Shown here: piece by piece, positions 26,329 through 38,844 of the stretch
How positions within the stretch are numbered: the first letter of the stretch is position 1
Layout of the letters: each line of letters starts with the position of its first letter
Assembly (NCBI GenBank): GCA_973895155.1
Contig: OZ316891.1
Span: 8,991,875 to 9,055,874 of the forward strand
Origin: Marsupella aquatica
Taxonomy: Eukaryota > Plantae > Marchantiophyta
Length of the DNA: 64,000 nucleotides
Direction of reading: 5' to 3'
Notes under the pieces: generated by a model
What the model was told of the DNA's origin: nothing
The model's database searches: none
What the model saw: only the letters and a program-made list of their open reading frames with translations
Translations under genes and position numbers: made by a program

Positions 26329-27826
26329 GTGAATTCTTGAACATTGGTGTGGAGTTATTTATCATTAAATATGGCGGGGTAAATTCTACTAGATTAATTT
26401 TCATTGTGTCAATAGTAAATATTTGGGCTTATGTTTTTTATGTCTTCTCTTTCTCTTGTTGCGTTACAGAGTCCAAAAACTCAAGAAAAAAAGTTAAGGA
26501 CTCATAATCATCAAGTTATGAGCCCAAAACCTTGGATCACATTGTGATCAGCATAGTGATCCATCCAGGCTTCACTTTCTATTTTCCAGATTTCACAAAA
26601 AATGTCAGCAAGTTTGAACAAATTATCTATTTTCTGTGCGATATTATTCGAACTTTTGAAACGAATACATGACGATGTCTTTTGGCGGGTCCAGGAGTCC
26701 TTTTTGGAGGGAAACTGGTTCAGACCCCTCTCCAGCTTCGCCCATGGACTGTGCATACATTCTCCTCGTTTGGTACGAGGTTTTGGCAGCTATTATTTTT
26801 TCGCATTGCCCTTGATCGTAAGAAATGTAGCATTTCTACTTGAGATCCCGTCCTATTGTGCAGCTCGCTGATCAGATTCAATAAACTTCTCCTCCAGTCC
26901 CAAGAATTCGAAATTCTGAAGCTCTCAAGCATTTCTGCTCACATTCTGTAGTTTGAAGCTGTCAACCAATTGTGCCGATGCATTTCTACTCTGGCTCTCT
27001 AGTGAAAGGGCTGTCTTTAATTTTGCCTCGAGCTCTTGCCTCCCGCCTCTCAACAATGTACCCTCCCGGAAACTCCCGTTGAGCTGCTGGAGGCACAGCG
27101 AGTGATGCACCTGTTTCTGAGGTGGGAAGAGCAGGTCTACCACTAGCAGACTGGACAGCTTCGGAAGCTTGCCTTGCTGCTGCGGCCCTATGCACGTTTT
27201 CTGCATGCGGACTTCCCACGTTGAGGAGCAAACAGAGACACTTCGCTTGCAGATTGGGTACGTGGAGCTGAGAGTCTATTTCGTTCAGTTTGACAGAGGA
27301 TGTGGTCTTATGAGACACTGCTGGCCATTTCTGTTCGATAACTTCTTGGTCAACTTTCCCGCAACCTGTAACAACTAACTTGAATGCGAATCATAATTGG
27401 GGACTGAAATGCACTGAACAGCAGTATCATTCTCTCGGGCGACATCGCTGCTCTGTTTTTCGTGCTTTTGGCAACTTGAGGTTACATGAAGAGTTACATT
27501 TAACGAGAAAAGCTAATTGCCCTGCCAAAAAAAAGTACTCAGCAGTAGGTTATATCTCCAAGAACAGAGATCCTGAACAGAAAAATCTGTAAGGCCCGGA
27601 GGATGCAATGATGTATCCTATATGATGATGGAGATGACCAATGTACCACTTGCATTTTGAGTTTCTACGATTTAGTCTGCCATTGGGACACTGTTTCATG
27701 TATCCACCGTATATCACATCTTTACTTTAGAGAGACTAATATGACGTACTCAACTTGTGCCAATTAAGGATGTCTACCTTATTCAATCAAGTATGGTGAA
27801 CTCTAAATTTGCAATGGGCCCGTAAA

Positions 27827-30604
27827 ATGTTCTTGCGATTCTTGCGAACCTGCGCCTGGGTCAATGCAGAGAGAATGGCAAGCCCAACTGTTCCTCGGCG
27901 CTCTGCTCGCCTCACGGCGAGAACTACTGCTGCTTCGGTTCTCCGGGGTCAATCTCCATCGCCAGGTTAGATCATAATCACTGCGAAGTCTTTAGTGTCA
28001 TTTAATTTACTAATTGCCACAGTTTTTTGGGTAATTGACACTTCGCTGAGCTTGCAGACAAATCCAGTTTGGTTTGAGCTCAAATGCTGGATTTTTTTAT
28101 CTTAGCTGTACAGGAGTTATCATTGCTTGCTCACTTAGTGAAATCCGATGCGTATGGGTTACGTGTCTTCTATCTAGAAGGGGAATGTCTAACTGCGGAG
28201 GAAAATTGGGTTCATCTGGCCATGGAGGGAGAAACTGTCTATCCAACTCTACAATGCTGAATTACTTTGGTATCCTTCTCAAGTACTTATGCAAATGACA
28301 AACTCTGTCCTTGCAGAACGGGAGGTGGTTGCCAAAAAGCGTAAAAAGAATGAACACTCTGGCAAGAAAGTGACAGCAATCCTTGCAAAGCAGAAGGTAA
28401 TATCTCCGAAGCGTGGAAAGATCTCGGCATACTTTTCCAAAATCATCAGTGATGGTAAGATCGTCAGCGGCAGCAAGACAAAGAAGAAGAAGAAGAAGAC
28501 GGTGAAACAGAGTAAGGTTATCAAGACAACTTGCGAGGCAGGCAACATATGCTCAGAAACAAGGAGCCAAATTCTATCAATCCGAGAATTCTCATCAATT
28601 CCTCCACTCAAGTCCGGCGAAGCAATCCAAGTACCAGTTAAGAATAAAAGGCTATTGAACAAGGGGCCCAGCCGAGATATGGAGGTGGGCATCGTTTTTG
28701 AGCTTGAAGATTTATTTAAGCCAATTATATCGGACACTGCATCTCTTTAATTTGTTACAACAAATTACCGAATCTCGAAGCAGAGATTTCCTGGAGATGG
28801 GATCGGCCATAGAGGGGGAATGAATCTTCCCGAAGATCAATAGGAATCAAGTGTGAAGCAGACTCAAAAGCAGCAGAGCAGCCAGTCCTTCCACTGTAGT
28901 ACTAATCATAGAGGTTCTGATCTTAAAATTGTCACTGTTATTGCAGGCTGAATTATGGGAAATGGGTTTTCAGCATATTGCAGGAGTAGATGAGGCAGGA
29001 AGAGGCCCACTTGCGGGACCTGTTGTAGCTGCTGCCTGCATCATTCCCTCCCACGTTATGATTGATGGTATTTTCTTTCCTTGGCCTGCAACTTCAAGCA
29101 TATCATATTACTGGTGGACCATGTTCACCTAGATTATGGAGCAGAATGAGAATCTGGTATTAGATGGGTCGGCAACAAGCCAAGCTTGAAAACGTTAGGC
29201 TTCACAATGGCTGATAAGAACGTCACGTTCATTGCTCCTGTCCATTTAATAAAGTTGCTTGCCTGGGCTAACCATTTGATAGATTGATCTATCTTGTAGG
29301 TATCAATGATAGCAAGAAACTTACTGAAGAAAGAAGAGAGGAGCTCTACTCCCAACTAACTACAACTCCGGGCATTTGTTATGCTGTACGTTTTCTTGTC
29401 GAGGACACTTTTGTGGCCCTCATTTCATCTAGCCGACTCGGGCAAATCTTTACGTTTTGTTAGCTTCGAAATGTCATGGGTGCAATGTCATGGGTGCCAA
29501 GAATTTCATTTGACGTTTGAGTCAGTGTTGTTCCTGTCAGCAACTACTGGACTACTAGTCTGATAGTACTGCAGTGAAGCAGATCTGTAGACCGAGATGA
29601 TGATTAAAGAATGTACTCGCAGGTGCATGTGATTGATGCACAGACAATCGATAAAGTGAACATATTACAGGTATGCCTCCTTTGACGCGAAATGGAATTT
29701 ATCAAGGCTGCGTTTTCAGATTAGTCAGTACGTTCATTCACGAACCGACTAGGTGCGTGTGGAGTATATAAACGTCATTCATCCTCAAAAAAGTCTAATA
29801 AGCAAAAAGCATGTCCAGGCTACTATGCAGGCCATGGCAGCTTGTGTGGAGAAGCTCAATTCTGTTGAGAATGGGCTACCTCGTCCAGATTTCATATTGA
29901 TCGATGGAAACAGACTCCCCTCAGACATTCTAGCAACAAAGGCTCGTAGTGTTGTTAAGGTAAGATCGCACTTTTCATTGAGCTATTTCGAATCATTTTG
30001 ACAACGCCAATATGTGCAATTAAGTATTACTTGCTCAATCAGCTTTCAGGGGACACATCTTGACAAGCTTTCAGGGTTTTGATAAATTCCCCCGAGCTTC
30101 TATTTGAGTTACCTCCATTTTCATTATTGTGTGTTGCAGGGGGATGCAATATGCCATGTGATTGCAGCTGCTTCGATATTGGCCAAGGTCACAAGAGATC
30201 GTCTCATGATTTCTTACGACGAGTACTTGCTCCCAAGATCCACTCCATTTCGAATCAGAATGTTTATAATTGCTTCTATCAAATTGCTCCCTGTTATGCT
30301 TAGAGTCATGCCCTAGAGGAAAAACTTTCATCTACAAATAAATTTGTAGACTATCGCTTTGTGGACCCTAACTCATGACGGATCCATTTCAATTGCAAAG
30401 TGCTCATCTGCTCATTAGTCTTAGAAGACTCTAATTCACGTCTCTTTTGCGGACAGGAAATGGCCAATGTATGGATTCAAAGCCCATAAAGGATATGGAA
30501 CAGCTGCCCATATGGCCGCCATTCGCAAGCATGGACCCTGTGACATTCATCGACTATCTTTTGCTCCCTTGAAGGACAGGATTCTATCCACCAGTGGCGC
30601 CTAG
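27827..30604 (+). CDS. Bacterial-type ribonuclease HII (RnhB-like) with a basic N-terminal extension; 8 exons
   Basis: Exons approx. 27827 or 27875-27965, 28317-28684, 28948-29067, 29300-29385, 29623-29670, 29819-29959, 30140-30222, 30457-30604. Motifs: [46 protein letters not shown]...[38 protein letters not shown]. Stop TAG at 30602-30604. Confidence 0.92.
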
Positions 30605-33165
30605 GGTTATGCATCAGTAGGAACTCCTTCGTCAGGAATAGGCACCACACCCAGGCAGATTTGTTCTTATTCTTGTCTTAGCGATACGTTTTCTCTCCAG
30701 ATGTACATACCTCATGTATCCCATTATTTGTTCCAATGATCAGCGGAAGAAACATGTTTGCAACTACGGTCAAGGCTGGGTGAGTGCCTTCCATTGATGC
30801 TCCTAAAGCATCCATGAGGATTGCCGAGTATGCTGTAAAATGAGCTTTAGCCTGGAGAGTGAAATTGTTCACTCCATAAAACCAATTTCAGTTCATGAAA
30901 AACCAGACACAATAATGGATACAAGTGTGGTTTTAATAGGGTTCTTCAATTTTAATCAATCTTACACAAATGGTGATAAAATATTATTATTATTATGTTA
31001 CCTAGATAAATGACCCCCTAGATAAAAAGTATACACAAAAAAAGTTAAATAGTTTGTTTTTATTGATTCACTCTCAAAAAGAATATTTAATCTTTATGTA
31101 CCCATTAGTGTACTTTGTTGCACATTGCCCTCACCAATCTTAGCATTTATACTTTGGTGTCCATATGTTTCCACAAAACTCCTTGAGTAAGTAACTTATC
31201 TCCTTTGCATTGTCAACATCCATTCCCATACAAAATCATTGAACATTCATTCCCATACAAAATCATTTAAATAGTTGTTCAATGGTTTTCATTATTTACA
31301 CAAGTAACCAAGTATCTCGGTAAGTAATCTTACATGATCTAGATTTTTTTAAATTTAGCATTCTAACTCAAGTTCAACAAATATTGGTAAAAAAAAATAG
31401 TGATAAGTTCTCCTGTTGCCATAAATTTGAACCAAAATTGAGATCCATTGTTTGTCCAAAACAACCCCTCTTCAAGTGCAACCCAGGGTTCTCCTCATAC
31501 CTATCCATCATCAATTGATTGTCTTGCTTCCAAGACATGTTCATAGCGCAAATAGCGTATTTTGTTTTAAAGCTTGTCCTAGCACATCCGGACCGAAATG
31601 GTCCCAAATTTAACAACCAACTCCTGATTCTCACCCAACTGATAGCCTAGGGGCGAAGTGCACTTGGAACTCAACTTCCATGTCTATTTGGCCTTGTCTC
31701 CCCAACGCAAGCACCCTTGGGAGACTTACATGGCTTGGTTGTTGTTTCGACAGGATTTGACAAGCAGGCGAGATAGCCCCCGTAAACCCCGAGAATCCAT
31801 GGCACCCCTAGACCCATTTGAGCTTAGGAGCATATAGTCTTCCTTGAGAGATTTCTAACTTACCCAAGAAGTCTTCCAACGGACTTCGCGTTGGGAAGTT
31901 ATCGTTCTTTTGTTTGGTGTTTCCCCTTAGTGTCGCGACCATCGCGGCTCACGACTTTGGCTCGCCTTTAGAGCATTCCCACCTGTCCTGCAAAGTGGCG
32001 GGCCTAGTACCAGTATCCTCTTCCATCACCGGAAAAATACAAAAGTGATACCCCACCGGATGCAGCTGTCAACACAGCTTTCCTTCCGACCTGCCAAAAA
32101 TGGAGCCCAGCCCGCCATTTCTAGCATCAACGGCCAGTTCTGCCTTGCTATTTGAAATCAATGATCAGTATTCTTCCATCTAGAGAAAATTGGCGCTCTT
32201 GGTTCAATCACATATTCTTCCAGATTCCCCTTTTGATCTTCGTGTTGCCTGTACTTCTCGGTATACAATGGTCCATTGTTGTCCACTCTGTGTGTTTGCG
32301 ACTTTCCTTGCACTGTCTAGTTTGTCAAGTTGGAGAGTGTTTCGATCGAGTGCTTTGCAAAATGCTGAAACTTACAAACCTCACCGCAGACACTGACATC
32401 TCTCAGGCACCTGGTGCTGAGCAAAAATTGGATCTCTAGTCTTTCTTTAGTACAAAATCATAAGTCAGAATATTTGTTGATTCCATTTGCATTTTGTTCT
32501 ATTTGTCCTAGCAATTCACTCTGCAAGCAATCACAAAGGTCTCTCCCACAGAGATTATAACTTGCTTGAAACATTCATGATCGATTTGGATTGATGCCAT
32601 TATTAATTCCATGATAAATTCAATCTGTATCGGTTCAATACCTTGTACATGTTTTCAGTAAGCATTGGTGAAATCTCTCCGGTTGTCTAAGGATAGTAAA
32701 TTGCATGGTTGCATGCCTCAAAGAGGAGGATATTCTATGTCAAGAGAGATCTAAGATCAGCAATCAAGTATGTACGTGCTGACATATCACAAACAATCAA
32801 GAAGAAAGTATACCAAAACAAATGAAAAAGGTGCACCATATGTACTACTACCTTTATTGTTTTTTTCTCTAAGAGCCTGGATGAGTGTCCTTGTTTGATT
32901 GAAAGGAGGCAACAAACGTGTTACACAGATCAACATTCGTGGTGGCAGCTTGTCGTGTTGCGTCCTAAGAGTATGAGTGGAACCACTCACATTCGTTGTT
33001 TTGCGGTCCAAAGAGAGAAATCCATTGCCTCATGTCGTTGTTTAGGGAATGAGCAAATAAATTATTGTTTTTGTTTTATCAGTACACAAAAAGGGTATAC
33101 ATTCTTCATTGGGTCTGGTCAGGACCTAGCTAAGTATTACCTGGAAAGGGGAGTGGTGATGGCCA

Positions 33166-33529
33166 TGTTAGGTTATGCCTCTAGTATAACCTATATACTT
33201 CCATATTACTAGCTAGACTTCACTATACTAGGATAGCACTAGTTTGAGTTCCAGGTTCCCATAGACCATGGGAGGGGGTATACCCAAGGGGAACACAAAC
33301 TTGTGCTCACATTTGAAGGTTCACTCTTCAAGAGACAGAGTGAGAAAGTGAGAGGAGGAGCTCTAGCACGTTGGCTACGGCGGATGTAATTGGTGTGTAT
33401 TATTGGATTTCTCTCACGACCGTGGACGTAGCCCAGACGGGGTGAACCACGTACTTTCAGTGTTAGAGTCTATGGATGTTGTTCACATGTGTTGACGCTG
33501 TCTCATTTGGTCTAGATCATATCCCAACA
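33166..33529 (+). mobile_element. Solo LTR (Copia-type), 364 bp
   Basis: Termini TGTT...AACA with 5-bp TSD GGCCA (33161-33165 and 33530-33534). Contains a TATA-like ggtatatac and the motif cgtggacgtagcc...ggtgaaccacgta. Confidence 0.88.
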
Positions 33530-34919
33530 GGCCATTGCGCTATTTGGCAATTTTAATTCAAATTTATCAATTGATGTGAATGAACATCAGATTTCAATAA
33601 TTGCCCCCTACTCTTGCAATCGGAACCATGTTCCTAGAGCAAATACCTCCCCTTCACCATGTGAATTAAATTGAATTCAGTATATTCCAATTGAACAATT
33701 CTTGGCCCAAATATATACTCATCAATCTGAAGATTCCACTAGGGCTTGCATCCCATCTGCTTTACTCTACCTACTTTACTAGTTGCTTCTATTAGACTAG
33801 ATATATCTCAAAGCAACAACCGCAGTTTTTCCTAACTCATGCAAATGCATTATTAATTTGCAAAGTGCAAATGCATACATGCAAAGTTTAAATTTTTGCA
33901 TGCAAAGTACATGTCTTGGCACCAAGATGGAATGCTCTTTGAACCAGGTTCTCTTAACTTCATCAATTTAAACTGCAGCAACCATCTCAATTTTTGTGTG
34001 ATTTGTGCAATATCTCCTCCGTCCAAAGAGCGTTGGATGTGAGAATATTGGGGAGACATAACGTCCTCATCCAGAGAATTCAACACATTGAGTCAAATTT
34101 GAGATTGATAGTAATACCCAAGAGCAATCTCTACTACATTGTTATGAACACTGATCAAATCTACTCAGAATTCCTAACATCATGAAAGCGATGGCCTTAA
34201 TCTTTCAGAGCCTACTAAGTCTCAGTCCCAGTCTTGGAAACCTCTTGAATGGACCTTAGTAAATCTTTCAAAGACTCAATAGGTGTGGTTTCCCCTATCC
34301 GACACTACTCATCTGGTGCATCAATCAGAATTCCAAGAGAGAGAATTGAAGAGGAGCTGTAATCTTTTGGATCAAAGAGGCAAACCAAGAATGCTGATAG
34401 CATCATATTTTTGCCAAAAAATGTATCGTACTGATCACAATCAACATTACAAAAATCCCAGAAATTGAAGATGTTTCCTCATAATACTAAACTGCCCTTT
34501 AAATTTCAAGTCATTGTACACTAGATGCTCATGTGAAATGATAAACACCCTATAATTTATAGCGAGTCTACTTGGAGGTCTTGCCATAGGACAAGTACCT
34601 TGGAATCTGTTTATGACTTCCTATTTTGGGATGAGGCGGTGAGAACCTAATCTAGATGGGCTATTCTATTCAAAAGTTTGTTTTCAACTAAATATTTTTA
34701 TAAAGTAATCAAGAATAGTTGTATAGCATTATTTTTTTTAAATATTAATTAGAATTGTATAGCAAATAGGATTTTTTATATATGTATTAAAACCATGGAT
34801 GTATTATTACTTTTTAAAATGCCATATGTGATGATAACATTCAACAAAGATTCTTTTGATTTATATATTTCTTTGACGATTTGTTGTTTACAATTTATGA
34901 AGCAACCCTAGCTTAGACA

Positions 34920-35640
34920 CTGATGCTGCATTTCTAAGTCTAACACAATCATGCATTGGTAACAAAGCTTCATTGCCTTCAAATTGGTGTAGCAAGGTTG
35001 GAAGTTCCATAACTAAGCATGGCCTCTATACTAGATTGCACGTCCTGCCTGGTCAGCTAACTATTGTCCAAAGAACTGCTCATGTTTGTGCTCTTATAGC
35101 TGGATTGCTCTATTACTATCTCCAAGATAATTGGCTCTGAGTATGCCACCCCGCCTTTTGGGTTTGTGTTAGACAGTGTGTGATGCAGCAAACGGTACTT
35201 CAAGCCCTAGTCATTTCCACCATAGAAGAAGTTCAAGACGAGGACTAGGCAAATCTACAAGTAATGGAGACTGATGTTTTTAAACCTTAATTAAGTGGCT
35301 ATGGCTTTTAAACTTGGCCATTCAAATCTGAAGGGGAAGGCTATGATGATCTAACTTCAACTTAGTTTCATGTTCTCCACTTTTGTGCTTTTTTAAACAA
35401 AGATTTTACACATTAATGCTGCAATTGTAAGTCTAACACAATCATGCATTTGTAACAAAACTTCACTACCTTCAAATTGGTGGGGCAAGGTTGAAAGTTC
35501 CGTAGCTGAGCATGGGCTCGCCAAAGGGAGAATTCCAGCTGTTGTCCGAATAATTGCGCACGTTTGTTTTCTTATATCGGCCTTATTCTGCTTTAGTGCA
35601 TGACGTTCTTCTTCTCTGAGTATTTCAAGGGCACCCATAA
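34920..35640. repeat. Diverged direct duplication (offset about 495 bp)
   Basis: taagtctaacacaatcatgcatt...ccttcaaattggtg...gcaaggttg occurs at about 34934 and about 35428. Confidence 0.7.
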
Positions 35641-37296
35641 TTAAAACACATGAGTCAAAGGGGACAGACCACAATGCTTTATATAATCTAAGAGTTTAAG
35701 TTTTAGTTGAATGCATTTTAGAATGCCTATTTTTTGTTTCAAAAGTATTGAGATTAGTCTGCTTGGCCAAGTGATCCAAGTGCCTTTGTGTTTGGGTGCA
35801 AAAATATATATTTATTGTACTTTTCACCTTGATTACTCCACTGTGCTGCTTCTCTTCAATATTTGCCGTTAGGGTTCCCAAGAGTTTTTTCTTGGTTCTT
35901 TGGCCCGAAGCAATCCTTCTCCTTGAAGCATCTACGTTCTTGCACTCGGCAAGAGCTGGTGTCAGCACCACTCATTAATCTGATAGGAGCTAAAAGTGAA
36001 TTTCTGAACATTATCTACCACCAATTGCAAACTTCGGCCTCCTCACTATGAGCAAACACAAATGTGGGATGTCATCAAAGGGACGGATTTGGGGAAGAGT
36101 AGATTCCAAACTTTGAGTAGTTGCCTTAGCCACTAGGCTCAAAGCTTATGAAAAGTATGGTCTTCATCGTCGTGTGGCCTTTGAGGTAAGATTGCCATAG
36201 AAGAGTGGTAAAAGCACTTTTCTTTGGATATTTTTGAAACAGATCCACTGAGCGGATCCTTGTGTCATCTCTGCATCAAACCTTGAATTGGAATTGGGTA
36301 CCTCAATTATTAGACAGCGGTATGGTTGTATTGCAGCAGAGATGGGGAAGAATTTGTGGCAAGCAAGTCAAGGAGAGAGTGATTTGCTTCCATTGTAATG
36401 GAGGGTGAGATTTGATCGATAGTGTTTTTTAGGTCATTGTTTTGCAGGAAATATTCCCTCTGAAAAATAGCAGTAAGATCAATTTTTAAAATTAGATTTG
36501 TAATATGCAAAATGATCCATTGAGGACAACAGATTCTATTATTTGTTTAGTGGGCGACTGGAAGTTTGATGTTGCATGCAAAGTGAGAACACCTCCATCT
36601 GATCTAGAGTTTATGAAATCCATTCCAAACATGGCCGGTGTGTGGAAGGCTACCAAACTTAGATGTGGGCTCTGAGGTGCCAATTTGGAAAACAGATATG
36701 CTCACTTTGAAAAATAAGTGGTGCCTTTAGCCAAGACTTCCTCTATAGATGGCTCAATGTATGCCTGGGTGTGGGGTGTCATCAAACAATTGGGATGGTC
36801 TTCCACTACATATAGTCTTCTCTCTCCCCAACCTTTGTGACTTTGTCGATACACATTGTGCCCACCGTGACTTATGGCTCCTGCCTTTGTGACCTCAACA
36901 TCATTGGCGGCCTCTCAAGAAGACCCAGCTTCTAAGGATATTTGGGAGAATATGCATCTAACAACTAGCTCATTCAAATGTCGAACAAATTGGGGCTCCA
37001 CTCATCTTTGATGTTTCAAAAGTTAAAAACCTCTTTTCTTTGAATCACATCTACCCGTGAGGGTGTTTGCCAATGAAACAACTCATTAATTCAATTCAGC
37101 TTCAAGAGACCGTTTGGTTTGTAGCTTTGTTGTTGTTTTTTTAGACCTTAGAAAGTTGTTTGTTGTTCAAAACTTCACCTTGATCAAGTGCCAAGCTTGC
37201 AAGTTTGTTGCTTTCATTGTATATACCTGAAGATTGTCTACCTATGGCAATGGTGCATATATACAGCATGCAAGGCTAGACGATGATTGTGATTTT

Positions 37297-37440
37297 GGTG
37301 CAAGCATTCTGAATTTGAACTCCATTCATGGCACATTTGTCAACAATTTGAGGTCGGCACCTGCCATGAAACAACAATTGCATGTAGGAGATGCGGTTTC
37401 CTTAATTTGGGGCAAGCACTAGGCGCTACGTACTTCGCTC
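37297..37440 (+). pseudogene. Fragment of an FHA (forkhead-associated) domain gene, frameshifted
   Basis: ILNLNSIHGTFVNNLR...QLHVGDAV and, after a frameshift, FGASTRRYVLR. This matches the C-terminal half of FHA domains (DLxSxHGTFVN...GDxIxFGxSTRxY). Confidence 0.7.
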
Positions 37441-38844
37441 TGGAGTAACATGAAAGTCATCCTAAAAATTGGGAAATGCTATTTTTTATGATTTGAGCCA
37501 GGTTGCAATTGGTGAAGTTATCTAGGCTCCAAGGAATTAAGAGTCCACTCCCTATATCCATCATAGGCTAGTAAAAGGAATCCCTAAGGTGATGCGGCAC
37601 TAGGAGAATCAGGGCGGGCCTATTACAAAATGCAGAGTTGGTTACAGATGGTAACTAAAGCGGTTTGGATTACTTGATATTTGTTTTTCAATGCTTATTA
37701 CTTAAAAAAAGATCATCCCCATTTTTATCCTTACATGCTATTTGTCTATGAGATAACACTTTAACTTTCAATAAATCCATGGACTCCTTTGTTTCTTTGC
37801 ATAATTAGGGTGTTTTAATTCATGAGCTTAATTATTTTTTATGGACCCCATGAGAGGTCCCTTCCAAAATTCCTGGCACCACAGTGCGCCACATCATCGA
37901 GATGCGCTGCAAACAGGTACATATTGGTTTACAAACAAAATTTGCTTCAACATTCGTCTTTGTGGCATGATTTTGGTAAAATCAAGGACGTCATGCCGTA
38001 AAACTTGATGTAAAATTGTTTTAAAAGTAACCATTTTATTTACTCTAGATAATAAAATGTTGAAGTAATCATAGACTTGTAACCATTTTTTAACCCTGAA
38101 TAACCGACTGCCCACCCTCTGGTTCAATTAAGCAAATAAATAAATAATTATATATCCTACACTCGCTTGTCCTCCAGATCACACAGAGGGTATCCTAGCA
38201 ACTTCTCTTCGAATTGCTTTATGCTTCGTTGAGCACTAGGCAAGAAAGCACTCGAGTCAATGGCCACAACAGCCCACCTGAAATCCATTCTTCAACCCTA
38301 CTTCTCTCCCATCCACCTTGCCACCCTCGACACCATCCTTGAACCCCTCTTCAAATCCCAATTGGTAATGCGATTCTTCCAAATTCACCGAAGACTCAAA
38401 AATGTCTCCCTTCGGTGGTGCTCATTCTAAGATCTAAATGCCTAAGGGAAAGTTGGCTAGAAAGATAGCGACAAACGGGTGGTGGTTACCTGCATAGCTG
38501 CCTCAGTTCCGGTTGTAAAAGAAGCTGCTCAAGCAGAGGTTGCTAACTACTGTTAAACCTGCAAAGTATTAACGGTAGCTTATGACGCCTGCTCGTCGAT
38601 AGTGCAACAGAAGGCAAGCAAGAAAGATATCGAACCACCACAATTGCAATCTAAGCAGGTAGATCACGTACAACAATATGATTGCTTCTTTCTATTTTAG
38701 TTTGAAGTTTGGAAGGGTTCCAATTTCTGCCTTTATGTGAATCTCACAACTTGAACGGCAAGGTCATGAGGCCCGCAGTGAACTTAAGAGATCTCTTAAT
38801 ACAACACACTCTCCGTTGATTTTATACATAATTAGATAAACATT

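Noticed and set aside
26511-27318. Possible small gene on the - strand, head-to-head with RNase HII
   Set aside because: Overlapping short frames with no recognisable motif or consistent splice model; it cannot be supported without RNA data.
31374-32440. Possible LINE or gene remnant
   Set aside because: Too degraded to assign any motif with confidence.
35393-36700. Possible NLR/NB-ARC pseudogene
   Set aside because: Only a weak LQLVVDNV resemblance to Walker B; no P-loop or other motifs were found.
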